Of a stretch of DNA of 64,000 nucleotides, positions 11,859 to 25,092 are shown piece by piece. Under the pieces are notes generated by a model. That model was not told the origin of the DNA. It made no database searches and worked only from the letters and a program-made list of their open reading frames with translations. Position 1 is the first letter of the stretch. Every line of letters starts with the position of its first letter. Source of the DNA: Chrysemys picta bellii (taxonomy: Eukaryota); contig NC_088791.1 in assembly GCF_011386835.1 (NCBI RefSeq), positions 260,028,001-260,092,000 of the forward strand, read 5' to 3'. Position numbers and translations under genes: made by a program.

Positions 11859-14196
11859 ACCCTACCCTTTACTTAGTAGAAGCTGAAACAGAAGGGACAA
11901 GGAATAGGACTTTAATCTAGGTTTCTAGGACTACTGAATTAGACTAATGGTTCCTTCATTCCCAGGAGTAACATGATTTTGTTGGAGACAAACTATCATT
12001 TTAGGCATTTGGATACTATGGTGACAAGTGCCATTAGAAATTGCCCATACATAAAGAAGCATAAAAAGCTAAAGTTTGCTTTAGTTACACTAGGTAAGTG
12101 CAGAGTAACTCCAAAGTCTGAAATGGAGTTACTTTGGGTTGACACAGTGCAGCTGGAAGCAAAATATAGCCTTATATGAATTTCTGTAATATCCACAACC
12201 AGGCTCATCAACCATATCATACCTAAATGGAATGAAATTGAAGTCTGAGTAGTGTTCTATTATCACACACGCTGTGTGTGGCGAAGTCTACTAACCAAGA
12301 GTGAACACAGCTGGCAACTTGCAAGGTTTCATATTTCTTGTCTTCTTTGTAGCTTGTTTATATTTTATTGTTTATATCCCTAAGATATTTCTGAAAATGA
12401 GATGATGCCTCTCAGTGGGTCTTTACACCCAACCGATAAAGGAAATTCAACCACCCCTAGCAAGCTCATATTTAGAAGAGGTTCCAACAAGAGCTGCTTT
12501 CACTGAGGGAGTTTGTCAGCACATAATTGTTCAGCCACAGTACACTCTGCAAGCAAACCCAGCCTTACTCATTTCTCTTAGAGAACTAATTAAAGTGGAG
12601 AACTTGTTTGTTATTATGGTTGAAGGACAGTTTTGTATTGTTCATGCTAAACAGGATCTGAGCAGTAGACAGACCAGTTTCACCTACAGACAGGGGCATA
12701 GGCTGTAATAAAGCAGTTTCTTAGTAACTGTCTCTCATGCTTTAGAAATGCAATGCATCAAATTTAGCATCATGCAGAATCCTTCAGTGGGGCTATGGAA
12801 TATTATTACCATTTTTTTTTCTTAAAAAGGAATGCTGCCAGGTCTCCTGGGAGGATTTTGTCAGCTGCTACCATTCACCTGCCTTTGCCACCTGAAATTG
12901 GTATTAAATATGAGGGGAAAATGATAGTAGACTTAAGCCTATTATGATACTGCTGTGACAGGGAAACTTAAAAAAAAACCCACTGAAGAAGCATCTATTT
13001 TAGGAGAAACAAACAAATCTTAGCTTTAACACCAAATGACCCCATCACATATTTCCAAATATTTGTTTTCATGATATACACCTTACACAGCCAGCTAATA
13101 ACAAAACAGACTCCAGGGTGGTAAATGGAATCTGGTTATGGAGGAGAAATAAATCTTAGCTTTGATTATATCCACAAAGTGCACATCTGCTGCTTAACAT
13201 CATGCACACAGAAACAGCACCTCCAACAGCATAGCACTTTAGTGGTGAGAGGATATTGCATGTGGAGGTCATCTGGCTACTATTACAAGTATTGGAGCCC
13301 AGAACCTTCTGGCTTAGAATTGTGATTAGTACCTCCTGAGTTACCAAGTCTTTTATGTGCTTGGTGCTCTTATCCATTCCCGCGAGCTACATATGAAAAG
13401 GTTCTGGAAAAATTATATCTGTCCTGCACTGTTTGAGATACTAGATTTTATTTTTAAACCCTTTAAGATTTATTTCTGCTGGATTATCTTCTAGGGTCTC
13501 TTAGGAAATAAAATGTTCAGAGTACACATCCTATCTCACGCGTACTGTGCTGTAACTCTGCATATATTTAAGATTCCCAGACTTTGGACTAAGTGGAGTC
13601 CAACAAAACTGAAACTGTGGTCTATGTGTTTCACAAGTGCACCAGAGGATTCGCTAAGAGGCTCAAATCAACATGTTCAAAGTAAATGGTCCTTTTAATT
13701 TTCGCTCTTTTTGGCTAAAAAGCAACACAGATTAGTTACTTGAATTATATTTTCTGTTTCATGTAATTCTGGAAATGTTGGGAAGGAAGTAGTTGAAAAC
13801 AGATTTCTCTTTTTTTTTATGGTGTTTAGGCTGCTCTTGGTTCTTTAGTATTATAAGAATAAATTAATTTAAGTAGCAGAACCTGACAATAATAAGCCTG
13901 AATGTAGCACTGTACAGAAAGATTTTTGCTCACTGAAATAGTTTTTGTTTGCTATGTGAATGAAAGCAGGCAGCAGACTAAAGGAAGGTTCTCCTACAAG
14001 CAAGAGACAATGCACTCCTATTCTAATGGCAAATAGCATGAAAGACCCTCTCTTTTTTAGTCTGGGCGCATGGTCATGCACTTGTCTATGCAGCTACAAT
14101 ACTGTATCTGAATGTAAATCACACCCATAACTTTGTGGTCAATTTCTCAGATGCCCATCCCCATAGAATGGGTATGTCATTATGTACAGTATATGA

Positions 14197-14367
14197 GGGA
14201 GGGATAGCTCAGTTGTTTGAGCATTGGCCTGCTAAACCCAGGGTTGTGAGTTCAATCCTTGAGGGGGCCATTTGGGGATTTAGTTGGGGATTGGTCCTGC
14301 TTTGAAGAGGGGGTTGGACTAGATGATCTCCTAAGGTCCCTTCCAACCCTGATATTCTATGATTCTA
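14197..14367 (+). mobile_element. tRNA-derived SINE with CR1 tail (turtle Pol III/SINE type)
   Basis: Head GGGAGGGATAGCTCAGTTGTTTGAGCATTGGCCTGCTAAACCCAGGGTTGTGAGTTCAATCC (A/B boxes). The tail matches the CR1 3' end at ~35715-35796 and ends in ATTCTATGATTCTA. Confidence 0.92.
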
Positions 14368-14789
14368 AGGAAGTTTGACTTTAATAAAGCAGCATATACA
14401 GCAGAATCTTGCTAGTCTAATCACCCTCCAGCTCAAACTGTCATCTGAAGCTGCAGATGTCTTCTTAGATGCATAGATTTACGTACATAATAATACACCC
14501 ACTCTCTCTTGTGCAAGAGGTGTAAGCCCCCATCGCTTCCCTGCATGTAAAGCAGTTTACTCAAGAAGAATCAAATATGTGGAGTGTATTTCTTACATCC
14601 TACAGCCAGGGCCTCATTGCAATGTGGAGGTTCTTAAGAGAAGTCTTTCTGAAAGAAAGAAATCTGTCATTTCTCCCTTTAGGTAGTAAGACTCAGTCTC
14701 AGCTGGAGTTCCAGCTTGAATTTGATGACTTAAGGCCCTCTGCTGAGAACAGCCTTTGCTTTTTATCCAAGGGTCTCAAAGCACTTCAC

Positions 14790-14945
14790 AAACATTGATC
14801 ACCTCTGTGAAATAGTAAAAATTATTAAACCCATTGTACAGATGGGCAAATCAAATAGAGAGGCTAAGTGGCTTGTTTAAGGGCACATAGGAAGACTATG
14901 GTCTATCCAGGACTAGAACGCCAGGAGTCCTGACATCTTGTCCTG
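14790..14945 (-). mobile_element. MIR/CORE-SINE-like fragment
   Basis: attattaaacccattgtacagatgggcaaa...gaggctaagtggcttg...agaacgccaggagtcctgac resembles the reverse-strand MIR core. Confidence 0.55.
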
Positions 14946-16966
14946 TTTGCTGTCATTGATAGATAACACTTCTTCACTGAGATCAGAAACCACCTTCAGA
15001 ACAGATGAATGGTGTGGAAAAGAACTATAAACTCTAAGCACGACTCAGAATTCAATTAGCCTATTTAAAATTATGAAAGACACGGCTTGGTTTTAGTCTA
15101 CAGATAAAAAAAGAAAAATGGTAGAGATGAAACTAGAAGTAGTAGTTTGGCAATATTTTACAAGACAAATGGGTATGAAAGTGAAGAATAAGAATACCAA
15201 AGCTTACACCATGTTGCATTGTCCTCCAGATAGTCCTCTGGGAAGCAAGAGGAAAACAGATTCAGGGAACAGAAAAAAAATAACATAGCAGGTTATACGA
15301 AGCAGCTAACCACAGAGAAGATAAAGTGTCATTATAAGCAGTCTCTTGTAAATGAGAATTCTTAGATAATACATTTCAGAAGAAACCAAGAAGACCCAGC
15401 AGTGAAAGCTGAGTACACATGTTAAGTCTGACATCATAAGTGTATTTTGATCAGTTTTAAGCTAAATACATGCCAACTTTACTTTTTGATATTTCATTTT
15501 CACATTTGCAGGTCTTACTTTGATTTATTATTTATCAAATGCCATTAGGATGCAGCTATTATGAATTTGATAACATATAACGCTCTTCCCCAAATGTCTA
15601 TGTTCTGCCATTAAGTAATAACTGCCTCTGCTTTAATGAAATGATTGGATGTATCAAAACAGGTTAAGTTAATGATAACGGGCCAGATTTGTAGAACTGC
15701 ATTTTTAGGCCACATAATGGGAGCTGCTGGGTGCTAAGTACTCTGGAAAATCTGGTCACTTCATTTAGGTTTCTGAAGGGGAGCTGAGATGTCTTAAAAA
15801 TCTGTCCCCAAATGGTAGGTGCTCAAGTCTGACTTAAACTATATGACATTGTAGTATATGACTGAAATAATTTGAATAATTTGTTTTCTTCTGAGAATAT
15901 GCTGTCAAAGACTGATTCTTCTGATGATACCAGTTTTGTTTGTCACTTCACTTTTTAGAGTCTAGGAAGCTCCATCTTTGGTCTTTGCTGTGATGGTTTA
16001 ATGGTCAATGATTTGACAGTACAGTATTTTAAGAATGAAATCTCAAAGACAGAGTTCTTTCAAAAGCATTAATCTAGTATTGAATAGTCACATGAAACAC
16101 AAGAAAACGCTACCATGAAAGACAGGGAGGTATTATTAATTGTTTGTAACTTTTTTGGCATTGCTTGCAAAAAAAAATTCAAAGGAGGCTAGATTTATGG
16201 TATACTGCCTATGAAAATAGTGAGTTACTTTGTTGTATATTTACATTAATTGAGTAATCAAAAGTGAGTGACACACAGACTGGAAAACATCAAATCATAC
16301 ACATTATGAGAATTTTGTTCAGAACATCAGCCTTTTTGTAATACTATTTTCAAAAAATTATAGCATTTAAATCTTTCTGGGAAACTTTCACTACTTGGTT
16401 TGAGACTTTTCAAAGCATGGATAAAGGATCATAGTTCTGAAACAAAACCTTATGCCCCAATCCATTGAGAATCCTGTTCCAACTCCAGCTGAAGTCAGTG
16501 GCCATCTCTCACTTCAGTGGATGCTGGACTGGGCACAAAAGGAGATAACACTAAGGGTACTGTTTAGATCTGTATTTGGACAATAGCACTTTTCAATTTA
16601 AATGTCACCAGACTAGGTAGATATTTAGCTGTAACACTTTGTTAAGTGAGAATATCAATGATAAACTTGCTCTCCTTTCAAAAACTTGGGGAAATCTAAT
16701 CTGGTCAAGTCAAATGGGACCAAATTCCCCATTGAAAGTCAATGAGGTTACACAGGGTATAAAGCATTGTCTACATTGAAAGTTTGCCTTAGTTACAGCC
16801 ATCGATGGCCAACTACAGATGAATCTGCTCCATTGCTATTTTATTTATTGTGTATCATAGTTTAAATGGTTTTGCCCTGTAAAAGATATTAGTGGTTCCA
16901 GCAGTATTCTCACTATATGTATGAGGAATGCCTGATCTCTTTTTAAGTGGTAACAATGCTTTAGCT

Positions 16967-17501
16967 CAGGGGTGGGCAAACTACAGCCCGTGGGATGGAT
17001 CCGGCCTGTCAGGACTTTGGATCCGGCCCGCAGGATTGCTAGCCCTGTGCCGTTCCCGGAAGCGGCTGGCCCCCTGACCCCAGGGAGGCAGAGTGCTCCG
17101 TGTGCTGCCCTCACCTGAAGGCACCGCCCCCTGCAGCTCCCATTGGCCAGGAGCCTGCCTTAGCCCCGCTGCGCACCGCTGCCACCCTGGAGCCACTCCA
17201 GGTAAGCGGCGCTGGGCTGGAGCCCACATGCTGAACCCTTCCTGCACTCCAACCCCCTGCCCTGAGCCCCCTGCTGCACCCCGCACCCTTCCTGCACCAC
17301 AACCCCTTGCCCTGAGCCCCCTCCTGCACCCCAACCTCCTGCCCTGAGCCCCCTGCCACACCCCACACCGCTCCTGCACCCCAATCTCCTGCCCTGAGCC
17401 CGCTGCCGCACCACAACCACCTGCCCCAGCTCCTGCATGGCCCTGCATGCAATCTCCGCACCCAGATGTGGCCCTCGGGCCAAAAAGTTTGCCCACCCCT
17501 G
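16967..17501. mobile_element. hAT (Buster/Charlie-type) MITE with internal GC-rich tandem repeats
   Basis: TIRs CAGGGGTGGGCAAA / TTTGCCCACCCCTG; perfect 8-bp TSD CTTTAGCT; internal ccctgagcccc... repeats at ~17255-17420. Confidence 0.93.
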
Positions 17502-17759
17502 CTTTAGCTGCTCCTGGTATATAGAAGTAGTTCAAGATGAACTATTACTACCAACTTTCCTTTTTAACCCCTCTCCTCCCACTGGCCCCTTTATATCCTG
17601 TAACTTAATTCCTTGAGCACTCCAAACTCCCCCTGGCTTCAATGAGCTTTCAGTTGGCTGTAGCCCCAGTGCTGTATGTGCATCCATGCAGAAGGAGCCT
17701 TGCACTTGCATGGAGCAGGGTGAAGAACTGGAGCCTACGAATACAGACTTTGAGTAATG

Positions 17760-18027
17760 ACAGCACTGGAGCTGGAAGGTGTAATTTCCAGCTCAAGCAG
17801 ACATACCCACACTAACACTTTTTATGTTACCATGCTAAAAACAGAGTGTGGCTGTAGCAGCAAGAGGGATAGTTGTTCTGAGCACCTGTCAGAGACCCAT
17901 GGTGTATAGTCACAGTGGTTACCCCTTGGACCACTCCACTTTTTGCACCCTAGCTTGATGAGAGCTAATGTGAGTATGTCTGCTCAAGCTGGGAATTATA
18001 CCTTCCTGCTCCAGTGTAGACATACCC
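17760..18027. mobile_element. Harbinger-type MITE, decayed left end
   Basis: Right TIR AGTGTAGACATACCC followed by TTA. Internal similarity to 30976-31232 and 36988-37256. Confidence 0.65.
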
Positions 18028-18083
18028 TTAAGGGGGAAATCCTGCCCCAGTGAAGCCAATTAGAGTTTTGCCATTCACTCTAA

Positions 18084-18369
18084 GGCCAGGTCTACACTAA
18101 CCCCCTAATTCGAACTAAGGTACGGAACTTCAGCTACGTGAATAACGTAGCTGAAGTTCGAAGTACCTTAGTTCGAACTTACCTTGGTCCACACTCGGCA
18201 GGCAGGCTCCCCCGTCGACTCCGCGGTACTCCTCTCGCCGAGCTGGAGTACTGCAGTCGACGGCGAGCACTTCCGGGTTCGACTTATCGCGTCCAGACTA
18301 GACGCGATAAGTCGAACCCAGAAGTTCGATCGCTCGCCGCTGAACTACCGGGTAAGTGTAGCCAAGGCC
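18084..18369. mobile_element. Young Harbinger-type MITE
   Basis: TIRs GGCCAGGTCTACACT / AGTGTAGCCAAGGCC; TAA TSD on both sides; many intact CpGs. Confidence 0.88.
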
Positions 18370-18710
18370 TAATTGGGGCCAGAATTTTACCCTATGGCTA
18401 AATCTTAGTTTAAAGTGTTACACTGTAATATGCTTCCTTCATGTTTGTAAACCAATCATCTGAATCTATCATGGAGACAAACATAGATTTTACCTTTTTG
18501 TTTTAGGGGGAAACAAGCTACACTGTTGCCAGAATTACTGTGTGCCCCAGCTGTTGCTTAAAGTTAGTACAACTATAATACAAGCCCATGTCCTGATTTG
18601 AAATATCATATATATTCTTTTAACTTAATTAAAATTAAGGGGTAAGATATATTATAATATAGACTATGGGAAAGACTTGGCAGCCTTGAGTGCTAATTTA
18701 ATTATAAGAG

Positions 18711-18858
18711 GAGCTAGTCTTCTTCTTAGCATATGCACAACATGTCTCAAGTGGCATGTGACCAGGATTCATCGCCCGAATTTGGTCCACTGGTTGGATC
18801 ATTAGCTTCCACGGCTTGGGCCAGATACTGATGGCAAGTGTGACCTGAATGCTGATCC
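18711..18858 (-). repeat. Unclassified (AAG)-tailed interspersed element, copy A (inverted relative to copy B)
   Basis: Reverse complement ends ...catgttgtgcatatgctaagaagaag and aligns colinearly with 24964-25100. Confidence 0.8.
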
Positions 18859-19809
18859 GAAATGACTGTATAAAATAGGGACCTGGATCTTGTTTTGAAT
18901 TAGAAGCATATAAAATTTCTCCTTAAATATTGAAACTCACCTGTGTATCAGGAAGCAGCTCAAACCAATTTAAGCTTACGATTCTAATTTTATGATATTA
19001 AGTAAAAAGTATGGAAGAAGTCATGCATAGGCATGCTTTCTAATATTCAGAAAGAAGTACAATAGGCTGTGTTTACATAATGCAAACAGTTTTGGTTTAG
19101 GTGCTTTATGTCCTTAATGCTTTTATCCATTAACTTTAGACCATAACTGCAAAATAATATTAACAACATTAATAATTACACATCCTTAAATCCACTTTAT
19201 AGGTGTACAAATAGCAGGAATATTGTTTGAGATATGAATCCACTGACTTGAAATAACTAAAATAACTTTATATTAAGATGATTGTTTTTAAAATTACTGA
19301 AAAAATAAGGCAAGATTAGTGATCACTTACATGCTAGCTTATCAGAAGCCTATTTTTAAAGAGTGTGTTGTAAAAAAAAAGCCGACGGTAACTTTACAAA
19401 CAGCCACGTTAAATGAAGCACTGGACCTGATGAATGAGAAATGCACATTATAAGTGCATATATTGAAGAACTGGCTGCTGAATCCTTAATTTAATACTTA
19501 AATGAAGCTCTGATGTAGACAATTTTTTCCAAAGGAAATATATTAATAAGTATTTTCCTTGAATCATCTATCTAATTCATGACCAGAAGGAAAGAGTTTA
19601 TCACCTTCCAATCTCTCCAATATATCAAATCTGAGTCATACTGGTCTCCAAAGACATGTAATTTCCTTACTGTTTTCAATGTAAAAAGTCATTTGTTTAC
19701 TACAAAGTTGCACAGCGTATATGATAATTACATACAGTAATTATGAAAATATTAAACATCTCCTGTGAAGGAATATTCTCAAAGCAAAATTCCCCCTCCA
19801 TCTCTGCTA

Positions 19810-20013
<204 letters not shown>

Positions 20014-20794
20014 TCAAACCTTTAAAAAGGAAGAGTGATACTTTACAAGTGCAATATCCCATTCATAGGTTTGTAACTTAGCATCGATATCCTGGTAGTA
20101 ATGAATTAACTACCAGGCCTAACTCAAAACTTCGATGGACATCATTACTAAAATCTATTCAAGGGATTTGCAGTAATGTATAGGGCCTTTTTCATCTAGG
20201 TCACATTTTGAGTTTAGCCCATTTTGGTAGTCATTGAAATGGGCTAACATCTGAATGATGTTTGGGTTGTTATCCCTCCAGAAAGAGAAACAAGAAAAAA
20301 AAATCTTTTGTGATTGGATGCAGCTGCAGTTGGTTTCAAATTAAGTTAAGACCTGTTAGGTATCCACAAACCCACCCCTCCCCCCAACCACAATTGGCAC
20401 TAATTGGTGATCTTGTTGGCAGTCTCAGAAGAGAGGTCAAGGGCTCAATGGCCTTATAACTTAACTAGCCTCTTATCCCCCTAAAAGATGGTCTCTGCAC
20501 ATCAGAGCTGAGGTACACTGACTGGGCAATCATGAGGAGTATGTTCTACCATTGTTCTTGTTCATTGGATAAAGATATGTCTCAGGGATGTCAGTCTGGC
20601 AGTTTTCAGAGGCACCAGTTTGAATTAATTATAAAGTCTGAATAAAAAAAAAATTGGAAAAAAATCAGTAGAATATAAGCAGTGCTGTTTTTACTGCACA
20701 TATTGAAGGAGAGCACTAGGAATGCTATTGAATATCTATTAATATCTATAGATAACGAAAGCTGGATTTTAACTTCACCAGCCTTCACACAAAC

Positions 20795-21196
20795 TAGGGT
20801 GGCCAGGTGCCCGGTTTTCTATCAGAAAGTCCAGTCGTAAAGGGGACTTCATAGTGAAGACCCAAAGTCCAGTTACTGTGGGCAGGGTAGGTGAGGAGGC
20901 ACCGGGTCACCATCAGTGCCAGCCCTTACTCAGCCGGGGCCACCTCCTACCTGCGTTGGGCAGCTGCAGCTCCCAGCCCCGGCTCTGTAGCTGAGTCCTT
21001 CTCGACCCAGGAGGAGAGGTGAAGAATAGCAAGCTCTGGAAGGATGGGGGAAGAGGAACGAACGGGGGGCAGGGCCTCAGTGGGAAAAGGCGGAGTAGGC
21101 AGGGGCCTCAGGGGACGAGGTAAGGCCTTGTTGGGGAAGTTCCAGCACTCCTGCTGGAGTGTCTGGTTTTTAAAAATTAAAAAGTTGACAACTCTA
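20795..21196. mobile_element. hAT (Tip100-like) MITE
   Basis: TIRs TAGGGTGGCCAG / GTTGACAACTCTA; perfect 8-bp TSD ACACAAAC. Confidence 0.85.
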
Positions 21197-21648
21197 ACAC
21201 AAACAGATGTTCAACTTTTTAAAAAAATGAGTCATGTGGAGGTTTCGCTATAAGATTTTCTACTGCTGCTTTGAAACTGAAGGCCAGAATTATCCACAGA
21301 AGAGCAGACAGTCGTCATTCTTAACTTATTAAGCCTCCATTCAGCAAAGTGCTTAAACATATACCTCACTTTTAGCACATGAGCAATCCTGTCCTTATTC
21401 AGGGAAACACTCAAGCAAGGTGCTTTGCTGAACCAGGATGGAATTATTCATACACTTAAAGTTAAATACAGGTACTTGTTTAAGTGTTTTGCTGAATTGG
21501 AGTCTTACTTAGTACTCTTACTATAGTACTCTGAGTGTACCCAGTGCTATACAATAGGGTTAAAATAAGTAAGGATGTTTCTGGCATACAGGGTACAGTT
21601 ATAAAGACAACTTTGATAGGTAGGGCCCCACATATTCATAATGCCAAA

Positions 21649-22117
21649 TTGAGCTGGTCAAAATTTTTCCGACGTTTTTTTCACTGGATAATATGGCTGC
21701 ACTGAAACTGATATTTCCATGGCAAAAGTCAATTTCACCAATATTTTATGATTTTTCTCATGATATTTTAAAAAAAAGTTTCATTTTGAATTGATATTTT
21801 AACTTAACATTTCATTCTAATGTCATTTACAATCAAATTGACCTTTCCAAACAATTTTTTGTTTTAGATTGACATGTAGAAACAAAGCGTTTCAATATGA
21901 ATTGGCATTGCGTTTTTATATTTCATGTCAAAATGGTTTGTATTGGTCAAAAATGTTGAAAATTTTTGTTTAGACTTTTCTGAATAGTTTTTTTTTTAAT
22001 TTTTTGTTCAGTGAAAACGTTTGATATTTCATCTTTTTGTCTTAATTAAGGATGAAAACAAATTTTGAAATATCAGAATTCCCTGTGGATGGACATTCTG
22101 TTTTTCAACCAGCTCTA
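21649..22117. mobile_element. Old AT-rich hAT-like MITE
   Basis: TIRs T(T)GAGCTGGTCAAAA / TTTTCAACCAGCTCTA; TSD ATGCCAAA/ATACCAAA (7/8). Confidence 0.75.
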
Positions 22118-24942
22118 ATACCAAACACAAACAATTTGCCTAAATTTGCATACTGTTCTCGTGAACTGCTAGTAATCCCATTTCTCTTCAAGTAATCTAC
22201 TATGGTATTTTTTCTTTCTATTTCTATTTCATTTTTTTCTATCACATATTGGAGAATTGGTACAGATTTTAATGCATTTGTTGAAATATAAAAGTTTTTT
22301 CTTGCATTGTGTATGTTTTTGTCATCAAATTTGCATGCAACCAGACAACAGCAAAACTCTATAGTACTTTACAGATTTGGAGAGGAGAAATCATCTTCTC
22401 CTTTGAAAGTTATCTCACAGTAATACAATGAAGATGCAATCCGCAGTTTGTTAACTACACAAAAGGGACATTTTCTAACCTGTATGCAGGTGGTAAGGGA
22501 CAGGACAGGAAGTGAAAAGATGAGTCTTGGGATTTCAAAATGTAGACTAAGAAGGGGCACATGAACATTTCCTGAACAAAAAACTATTAGGTGTGTGAAA
22601 GAATACACCTTATAGATTACTGGACAACATCCAGCCTGCTAGTTTTATGGTGTGAATTGATGGCTTGAAGGTTAGTATTTCAACTTTGGGATTTGAATGA
22701 ATCAGTTTAGGCATCTGAGGTCTGGAAGGTAACCGTCTGCTTTCTTTTTTAAAAAAGTGTGTGTGTGTGTGTGTATGGAGAGAGAGAGAGAAGTTTGGAG
22801 AAGAGGAAGTGTAGTTTTGATAATACTGGGGAACCCATTTTTTCTCCTGTGTTGGTAATGGTGGATCTAGCTAGAAGAAATGTCCAAGCTGCCTGTGATA
22901 GTGTTATGTATTTGTCCTTGCCAGACAGCCTAGAACTATTGCTGACATCTGCCAATTTAATTCTCACTTTCTTCAAACACAGAGATGGTGTGCAATGACG
23001 TCACCAGTCAGCTATTACATTTTAACTCTGCATACAGTGCCAAGCCTGCCCCACTCTCTCAACAAAGCCGTAGCACAAAGGGTGGTTCGGGTTTGGTTTA
23101 TACCCAAATGATCCATCCTTAATCAAAATTGCCAGCATATCATTCTTTGCCAGAAAAGGACAACAACAAAGTTTACAAAACATACAATAAAAATAAACTA
23201 CCAATATTCCCAATAGCAGTAACATATGATGAAGACATTCAAATCCTACATTTCACCGACAGAGTTCCTGGGGAAATAGGGGATACAAAATGAAAATACT
23301 GTCAGAGAACCCTGAAGTATCAATCCCAGATTTTAGCTGCAAAAGAGAGAATTAGAACAAATACTAACTTGCTGACATATACTGAAGGAATAAATATATG
23401 GATTAGTTAATTAACAAACAGATAATTAGCATAACAGTCGTAAAGAATACAAGTAAAGAAATCAAAGAAGTTGTGCAGGAAACAGGAGGAATGAAATGTA
23501 AGACACTCAGACCTGATTCAGAGAAGTACTCATACATGCCTAATTTTAAGCACATGAGTAGTCCCATTGATTTAGGGAACAATCCAATTCCCACTAATGT
23601 CAATGGGCCATTAGAGAATTTAGAGAAAAAACATCCAAAACATTAGCTAAGACCGAATCCCTACAGCATCTAACAGATGAGAGGATAAAGTGAAAAAATG
23701 AACAGAAGACTGTGCAGAAGGAGAGCACCAAGAATGGTACTGAATATCTATCGTATAATATGCAGGCGTAGGAAACTGGATGGGTACTTCAATATCCGAT
23801 CTAACACTCAAAAAGAAAGGAAGGATAAACAATGAATATTAAAAACTCAGACGTAATATGTTTTTTTACTGCTGCTTTGGCATTGATGGCCACCATTATT
23901 CACACAGGAGCATACCTTTTTATTTATTTATATAGCACTGTATAATAGGAGAACTGTGCCAAAAATATGATCCTTGTCCCAAAGAAATTCCAATATAAAA
24001 TCACAGTAGGCACAATACAGAACAGTGCCTTGCTCAACAAACAAACACAAATTGGTGAGATTATATTCTAATGGGAAAACCTTATGAAACAGGCAGGCTT
24101 TCAGAAAATATTTGAATTAGGAGAGGGATGGAATTTGGAGTAAAATAACTATGAGGCTGTGTCAGGTATATAGGAAGGAGTTATCAAGATGTCTTTCAGA
24201 GAGATTGCCCCAGGTACACCATGCCAAACTCAAAGGGTCAAATCCTCAGTTGGTAAACTGGGATAGCTCTGTTGATTTGAAGACAGCTGCACCAGTTTAC
24301 ACCAGTAGATAAACTGACTTGTTAAACAACAGCCAGATTTCCCAGTAGCAGTGACTGCATTTCAGTGGTGGGTAAAGTGAAGCCTCTATGTGTGTATGCA
24401 TGACATTATATGTATATTACAGTATAATTTTCACAAGAGACAATGCTACATTTAGAGGCTAGTGGTATGCTGACTGAGAGCCCTAATCAATCCATCTTGA
24501 GAGAGGGGTCAGTCTAATGTATAGTCCAGAATTGTCTGGAAAAAATGTAATACTGGAAAAATAGTATGCTGCCCAAGGAGTGTGTTAAATCTCTAGTGTC
24601 AATATCCATTCATTTATCTAATATTTTCCAGCAGAAAGTGGTATTTGATAAGTTTTCCTCCTAGAGTTTGAGAATAACTGACAAATGTAAATGTCTTCCT
24701 AGATCAGCTCTGAAATTCTCTTTTATGCAGCCAAATTATATCTATATTTAATTTTCACCTAAGTTATATCCAGGGAGGGCAGTAGCTATAAATGGAAAAA
24801 TTTACATTACAGAAAACTGATTCAAAGTCTACTAATACATGGTATTCATGTATATCAATGGATCAGAAGGTGGCATACATAGGTATATTATGCAACACAC
24901 TTATTTTTATAAGCAAAAGATGACTGTTATAATCCAGTTGTG

Positions 24943-25092
24943 TCTGGGGGTAGAGGGGGACATGGACCAGCGTTCCCGTCGCACTACCCATCTGTACCTG
25001 CCATGACGCGGGGAAGCTAAAGATCCAACCAGTGGACCAAATTTGCTGGTTACATGCCACCTGAAGCATGTTGTGTATATGCTAAGAAGAAG
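24943..25092 (+). repeat. Unclassified (AAG)-tailed interspersed element, copy B, with 11-bp TSD-like direct repeat
   Basis: Flanked by ATCCAGTTGTG (24932-24942, 25093-25103); ends GCTAAGAAGAAG; homologous to 18711-18858. Confidence 0.8.

Noticed and set aside
14197-14270. tRNA gene
   Set aside because: The tRNA-like head runs directly into a CR1-derived tail, so it is a SINE, not a tRNA.
16981-17535. 184-aa Gly/Ala-rich ORF (also the ORFs at 37433-38059, 41589-42113, 40676-41223, 44832-45174, 56113-56538, 63484-63901)
   Set aside because: These are stop-poor reading frames inside GC-rich MITEs or other repeats, with no protein-family signal.
22996-23003. CRE palindrome TGACGTCA as a regulatory site
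   Set aside because: A single 8-mer is expected about once in 64 kb by chance, and there is no supporting context.
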